The notes below the pieces were generated by a model. It did not search any database. It was not told where the DNA came from and saw only the letters and a program-made list of their open reading frames with translations. The position numbers were made by a program, and so were the translations under genes. This document shows, one piece after another, positions 56,596 to 64,000 of a stretch of DNA of 64,000 nt; the first letter of the stretch is position 1, and each line of letters opens with the position of its first letter. The stretch covers positions 15,190,001 to 15,254,000 of the forward strand of contig OZ024747.1 of assembly GCA_964016885.1 (NCBI GenBank), written 5' to 3'. Source of the DNA: Eledone cirrhosa. Taxonomy: Eukaryota.

Positions 56596-58792
56596 AATCT
56601 GAAACGTATTCTACAAATGCGTGTATATATATTATTAATGTAGTTTTTGAAGGCGCGGATTAAGGATGAAGAAAATCTTTCTCTCCCCGAAGAAAAAAAT
56701 AGATTTGAAATGTCAACTCTTCAGCGAACGGCATGTAAACTTCACACTCTCTCAATAAACACAATTTTTACTAAAACAGACATACACTTCCCTCTCGTGT
56801 TTCTATTCGCTTTACGTATGCATATGTTATATGCTATTATCCATTTATTCTTTACTGTTTTACTGGCTTTAATAATTCAACTCAACCAGTCCTGGTTGTC
56901 GAACTCAAAACTTATCTTCTCGATCTTTATTTGTGAAACTGTTACGGAACATACATTAAGAGCACTGATCGTTGTACAAAACGTTTTGCTTCCAATATAA
57001 TGGTAACATCAGCAACAACTCTGGCAGGAGCAGAGGCCGCAACATCCAAAATCACAATCAATTGCCATCGTCTTTGATAATCCATAGGAGTATCACCTAT
57101 CACTGCACGATCTCAAACATGAGTACACACAAACACCCTGAAACAATGGAGAACGAACACATTCCTAATGTGTGAATATAGTCATCCCTATGCATCTATG
57201 ACAATAGTATATGACAAAAAGAGAAGTAGTTTATAAAGAATATGTAATTTATATAATGTCTAATCACTTTGCATATTGTTTCATAGCCACCACTCCTTCG
57301 AATTCCTTTTTATTCCAAAAGCACATGAAAAGGAGAGAAATAAATCATTTATTTTATTTGATGTTTTTCGAATATTTAGCAAAACTAATTTATACATTGG
57401 CTAACTGACAAGAAACTGACAAAGAACGAATACAATGATCCAGTATCTATCAAAATAAAGTTATCTACAACACACTGTTGAATGTGTGCAATTTCGTTTA
57501 TATAATTATATTTTAAGTGTGATAATTCAGTGAAAGTTAAAATATGGAAGTAGTGTTTTACCTAAATAATATATTAGGTTACTATTTCACACTTTTAATA
57601 ATCATTTTACTATTTCAATTGTTCAAATCCATTCTCAAGAGTTTTGAGAATACGAAATATTCCTGATATCCTAAATAAATATATATTTACATAAAAAAAA
57701 TACCTTACGAAATATACACCAACTATCAGATAATAAATATTCATGACCATTCGAATATACTTTATACTTTAAGAACTTATCAGTATATAGAGGGACATGT
57801 ATATTTTACGTGTGGCTGTGTAGAGGTAAAGTGCTTGATTATATTGTGTTTGTTTTGTTATTGTTGTTTTTACTTTATTTTTACATTTGCTTTCTCATAC
57901 AATATGGCCTCTGGAAGCACAGAGCAACATTGCTTAACGCCATTATGACTGTTCTTCCGTAATTAGATTGTTTGCAATCGACTCATTGAGTGCGTAAATA
58001 AAGCATTTAGTTTGGCCGTTGGCAAAGATATACGTACGAAAGGGAATGTTTATTCCCCTATTCCTCTTAACTACCTGGAGGCAGTACAGGCATCTATGAT
58101 GGGCCATTTTTGCTATTGATGGAAAAAGGATGTTCATTGAATTATGAGTATTTTGTCAGAGCTAAGGGTTAGCTTCATAAAAATGATACAATGCTTAAAC
58201 AGGGCGCTGAAGCATTATCGAATAAATTCTATGCAAGTACGTCAACGAACGAACAAATTGCTTGCTTACTTGCTTGCTTGGTTCTATATTCGTCTTTGTA
58301 CTGTATGTATTATTTAGCTTTTTCTTTATCTTATTTGCTTTATTGTTGGTTAATATACGTTACTAATGCAAACTAATATAATCTTCCTTCTTTGAGGCGA
58401 TACACAGTTGTAGGAAGGAGAGGGGAATAAACAGCAAACAACAGACACGACAATAACAACAACACTAATAATAATGAAGACAACATCCGAAACAACAATA
58501 CTAATATCAATAATAATAAAAAAAAAAAACAGATTAAAATAGTAGGAATAATAATAATAATAATACTATTTATTGCTCATAACGGCCTCTAAATACGATA
58601 TTATACAAATGTGTCATACAAAAGAGAATTGTAAAACATGTGGGAATGTACATGGTGTTGATTATACTCTGCTACTTAGCTGTTCGACAAAATGGACTGG
58701 ATAAACGAAGTAACAGACTTAAATAAATTCTGACAAATAATGTCAGCGCCTCAACATGGTCGGAGTTCAATAATTGTAACAAGTAATGTACG

Positions 58793-59124
<332 letters not shown>

Positions 59125-59903
59125 TTAACACCATAAACAAAAATATTCCTCGTTGTATTGTAGATGTAAACTGATGTGTGAAAACTATGCAAATCGTGTC
59201 TATGACGTGTCAATACATTAAGTACTAGTCTCTGGTGTTTCTTTTCTGCACGGCATAATACATTGATTCCCTAAAAGACTTAGATACATTTGGAAGCTCT
59301 CGGCAAGTCGTGACACCGAAACTGATTCAATCTCCGGTTAAAACAATTTCATTTCATTGCCACCACTAATTATTTCTAACAGTGGTGTGAGGCTACCAAT
59401 TTAGAAGAAAGGGAAAGTCGATCATATCGACCCGAGTAATTAACTGGTACTTCAATATATCAACCACGAAACATTGAAAAATAAAGTTGACCTCCGATTT
59501 GAACTCAGGAAATAAAGAGCCGGAACAGAGACTGCGAAGCATTTGCCCAACGCTTTAGCCACACTGTTAAACCACCACCGTCACCTCTGTCACTACTGGC
59601 CTTAGAAGAAAACTAGCTAAGGAAAGAACCTTTAATAAATAGCTAAGAAATAATAGTCAAGTAATAGGGTAAAACAAAGGAATGTAAGTTCTATAGAGGC
59701 ATGTGATTTTGATCTATTTTCGCGAATCATTAAAGAAATACTCTCATTCTTTAATCATAGATAGTGTAAAATAGTATTAATCTAGGTTTATGCAAGAACG
59801 AGAAAATCAACTAGGGATGAATAAGACTAACCTGTCAATTTCTAGACCTATACATACTTTAATGGTGTTAGGTCATGGAAGGAAACAAGAGAGATAAGGT
59901 ATG

Positions 59904-59950
<47 letters not shown>

Positions 59951-59976
59951 ATGTATATATATATATACATGTGTCA

Positions 59977-60022
<46 letters not shown>

Positions 60023-61504
60023 ATATAGATTGATATATACATACATACAGGCAGGCAAGCATATAACAGAAACAGATGGACAAGAATGTTTAACTGTTTT
60101 TTTTTTTAAAAAAGAGTTTCTTTCTTATAAGGGATCACGATTTTGACTCGCAGGAAGATGGCTGAAGTCACGAATATATCGCTTCAAAAGATTATTCCTA
60201 TTCTTAATACCTACTATTCTTCTATCAACTATAATATTATCTCAGTACGCTGTCCGTTGTCCAGCTGTGGCCGAATTTAGAAGACAGTCCGTATCATTTC
60301 ACAGAAGATTGGAATATGTAATATATATATAAGCTCTTGTTGTGTTGTTTAGCTCCAGGCCAACAACGATGGAGGAAGTCTCTGATCAAAGATATTCCAA
60401 TTGTGACCATCCCGTATATTTTTTGTTCAGAAATTTTGTATATAGTAATACATTACACTGTGCGTCTGTCCTTTTGTGAAGACATTAGAATTTGTTATGA
60501 GTGGAATTTGCCTGCTATTTCAATCAGGTTGAATACCTACGTAGAGCCTACCACATTTTTTGTTTTTTTTCTTTCAGAATTTATCAGTAGTGTCAGTAGA
60601 CACAATATTTGATTATGTATTGTCTTCTTCATATACATCTTAATGATTTCTCTACATATTTATGTCTGTCTAATAACAGATATTTTAAAATCTGAAACAG
60701 ATACTTCGCAGCATTTGTTACAGTGCTTTGTATTCCAAGGTAAAATCAAGCCGAGGCCAACATTACTTTTCGTCCTTCTGAGGTCGATAACATATAGTAC
60801 CAATCATGTATTGGGTTGATTTTCCGCCTATTTTATCTCATTCAAAACGCACTGCGCTGCACTGCGAAACATATATGGGGGACCTCTCACAATATCCCTT
60901 TCCAGTAAGGCAAACACTCCCACTATCTCAGTAAAAGAATGGGTATTGCCATAATATGACACTTGATAACGCACACACAAATGTTTGTTGTTTAGAGATA
61001 CAGATAAGAGCAAAATGTTTGAAATTAAATTCACTTATAAAGAATTTTCTCTCCTGAAAGAAATTCAATGTTGACTTCATCTAGAAGTGTTTAGAGTAAA
61101 CGAATTTAACATAAGACGAAATACAAATTTAACAACAAAGACGAATAACATGTAGAAGAAAATATAATATGCATTGCAATAGTGGTTTTCATCGTTTCAA
61201 TGTAAATGCTTCAATTTGTATTCATTTAGTGTAATGTATTAGTGCAATAGAAGGCAAATGGTCTAGAATATAACTCGACAATGAAGGAGGTGGAATGATT
61301 GATAGTGAGAAATGTCGGATACACGTAGAAGGCAAAATCAAAGGGAAAAGAAGAATTCGAATGAAAACTTGTGCTGTGGTGGAAGGAAAGGGACATAACA
61401 GAGCAGAGTATGGTGTATAATTGAGGGAGGGAATGGAGAGAGATGACTAGATAGACAGGAATTGGAGGCGTGATAAACACACACATAGGCACAGATACAA
61501 TACA

Positions 61505-61553
<49 letters not shown>

Positions 61554-61854
61554 TTATATATATATAACTACATATAGAGACACAAATACACACACAAGTA
61601 TATAAATATGAATAAGAGATACAGAGATAGAGGAAGTGTGGAGAAGGAGAAAGTCATGGTATGAAGGATAAGATAACAGTTGCTGGGAGATGTTAATTCT
61701 ATTTACCTTTATATATTTATTCAATGAAAGCATATATAATACATACAATCACACACATACACTTACGCTAATACATGCACACTTACACATATGTATGTAT
61801 GTGTGAATGTATATATATACATATATACATAATTTATATGTATGTAGGTTTGTA

Positions 61855-61940
61855 CAGATAGATAGATAGATAGATAGATGGATAGATGGATAGAGAGATA
61901 GATAGATAAATAGATAGATAGATAGACAGATAGATAGATA
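61855..61940. repeat. (GATA)n microsatellite at LINE 3' end
   Basis: Visible. Confidence 0.95.
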
Positions 61941-62166
61941 AGTTTCTATTTATTTGCCACGAGGGCACAAAAGAAGGGGACAAATACAAGGGGGTGGGGT
62001 TACATAAAGGAACGAGTAAAAACCAAATAACAAATATAAAATTAACAATACAGTCCTCAATAGGGAGGAGGCGTTTTGGGGGTTACACACACCCCCGAAA
62101 AAGTGTGCAACCCTTTTCCTTAGGAGCATAGAGAGGGGGTGCTCCTTTGCACTTCCACCTTTCCAC

Positions 62167-63142
62167 CTACAGGCTGATAAAGAGAGAAGGCTCATTCACA
62201 CGGGCCATTCTCGCTATTTTCACCCACCTTTCATAAAACTTGCTGGGGTAGAGCACCTCTCTCTCTATTCTGATCCTTCTCTTAAAATAATATTTAAAGA
62301 AAAGGACCAGTTGTTGGCCGGAGAGAAAGGTGTCCGACCTCAGCCCTTTAAAACGTGTCCACCATACCACCTCTTTCACCATGGCTATTACAAAGAGGAA
62401 GACCGCCTCTCCTTTATTATTGAAGGGGGGTGGCGGCTTGATCGTTACAATGGACTCAGTGGTCAACCGGATTGGTCCTACCCGTGACAGCAGTCGTTCG
62501 ACATAGCCCCACAGATCGGCAACGCCCGAGCAGTGTACCAATGCGTGCGCAACGGTTTCCTCGTCGCGCACGCATCTGGGACAGATTTTTTTTCGAGGGG
62601 TCCCTACCCGGGCGCCCGTGTCTGTAGAGCTTTTCTCGAACGGGGAGCGCCCCTTGGTAGCACTGCCAGGCCAGGGACCTCTGGAAGTTGTCCATAGGTC
62701 CCGGGCCAAATGTCCTCCCGAATAGGCTGGCCAGTTCGTCTTCCTCCATGCCTAGGGCTTGTCCGAGGGCGTCTTCGCACCTACTAACCACCAGCCCTCT
62801 AGAGAATGACGAGGTGGAGTCTCCACCGATAGCCGGGTCCGCGTGCCAGTCGCCTAGTTTTCTCGGTCTTTGCTTCACCCAGGACTGCAGGTCGGTGAGC
62901 GAGACGAGTCTCGGAAAGGCTCGCCTCACAAACGGGGCCCACACCGGTTGACCGGTGAGGAATATCTGGAGGTGCCGTAGCCTTAATGCGTGTTTACGCA
63001 TTTTTAGCCACGGCATCCCCAGCCCTCCTTTCGAAGGGTGTTGAAAGCAGATGGATCTCCTCACCAAAGGAGCCCGCTTCTTCCAAAGGAATTGGAAGAG
63101 TGCGCGCTCCATTTTGGTGAGCGTTTCTCTTGGGCAAGGCAC
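62167..63142 (-). pseudogene. LINE ORF2 post-RT region and C-terminal CCHC knuckle (two frames)
   Basis: FLW...SKGGLGMP (62456-63142) and CPRC...ETVAHALVHC (62167-62709). Confidence 0.88.
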
Positions 63143-63157
63143 GACGGTCAGGCGGTA

Positions 63158-63982
63158 TTAGATGACGGACGCTATATAAGCGCTCACCATCTCCGCCCGA
63201 CCTTTCAGGGATAGTTTGCACTCAGCCCACTTGCGAGTCAGCGCAAACACCCTGTTCGATACATCACCCCAGTTCTTCACCACCTGGAGGTCTGGCCCGA
63301 ACCAGACTCCGAGCAACTTCACCGGGCCCTCCGTCCAACGTCCGACGACGCCGTTGGAGGCCATCGGTTTGCCCCTCCACTCGCCGAGTTGCAAACCTAC
63401 TGACTTGTCCCGGATCAGCTTAGCCCCTGTAAACATTTCATATTCCTCCAGTAAGGTGCCGATGACCCCGATTTCCGAGGCAGTTGACACCATTACTGTC
63501 ACGTCATCGGCGTAGGCCGACACCGCTTTCCGCAATCCCGGTTCCAAAGGGATGCCCTGTAACAACTCCAACTTCCGCAGCAGTGGCCCTAGGGCCAATA
63601 CATACAGAAGGGAGTAGAGAAAGCATCCCTGTCGGATGGACCACGTGATTTCGAACGGCTCCGAGAGGTAGCCGTTCACCTTGACCCTAGAGTAGATGCG
63701 GCTGCTGTGCATGGCAGTGATCCAGCCCCTGAAAACGGGTCCAAAACTTGCCGCCACTAGCACCGCATCCAGGTAACGATGGTCGTCCCTATGGAACGCC
63801 TTAGATTGATCTAAGTTGATCAGGGCCCCACCAAAGCCGGGTTCTTTCCCAACCCTCTCTATGATGTATCGCATGAGATGGAGGTTGTCGTGAATGGACC
63901 TGGACGGGATGGCGCATGTCTGCGCATCTCCCACCAGGGTGCCCACGACAAGCGCCAACTTCTTTGCTAACACCTTGGCCAA
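63158..63982 (-). pseudogene. LINE ORF2 reverse transcriptase domain
   Basis: AKVLAKKL, RSIHDN, LDQSKAF, IRQGC, YADDVTV, KLLGVWF motifs. Confidence 0.92.
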
Positions 63983-64000
63983 AAGCTATTTTCCTTTTTC

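Larger units (their letters stand above)
61942..63985 (-). mobile_element. Tx1/L1-clade LINE, 3' half, frameshifted
   Basis: GC-rich block with RT, thumb and CCHC segments in different frames; 3' UTR 62166-61942 with AATAAA; may continue past the window edge. Confidence 0.92.

Overview
AT-rich, repeat-dominated eukaryotic DNA with no recognisable host gene. The density of (TA)n/(CA)n/(GA)n tracts and the SINE/LINE families suggest an octopus (coleoid cephalopod) genome; this is inferred from recalled repeat families, not from a search. Nearly all listed ORFs are microsatellite translations. Protein homology is limited to retrotransposon remnants: a frameshifted Tx1/L1-clade LINE (61942-63985, minus), four 3' ends of a CRE-like LINE and small RTE-like pieces. 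There are many tRNA-derived SINEs and hAT-type MITEs. The main observation is a set of unrelated, short (60-700 bp), non-coding elements inserted in (TA)n tracts that carry type I hammerhead ribozyme (HHR) folds, mostly with a tiny palindromic helix III. One fold is fully canonical (33691-33813, minus), one has intact core boxes (31994-32074) and several are decayed. An 8-copy family folds back inside helix II and keeps only the 3' half of the ribozyme. These resemble Penelope-like pseudo-LTR or retrozyme-type elements targeting TA microsatellites. All folds were read by eye and activity is untested.
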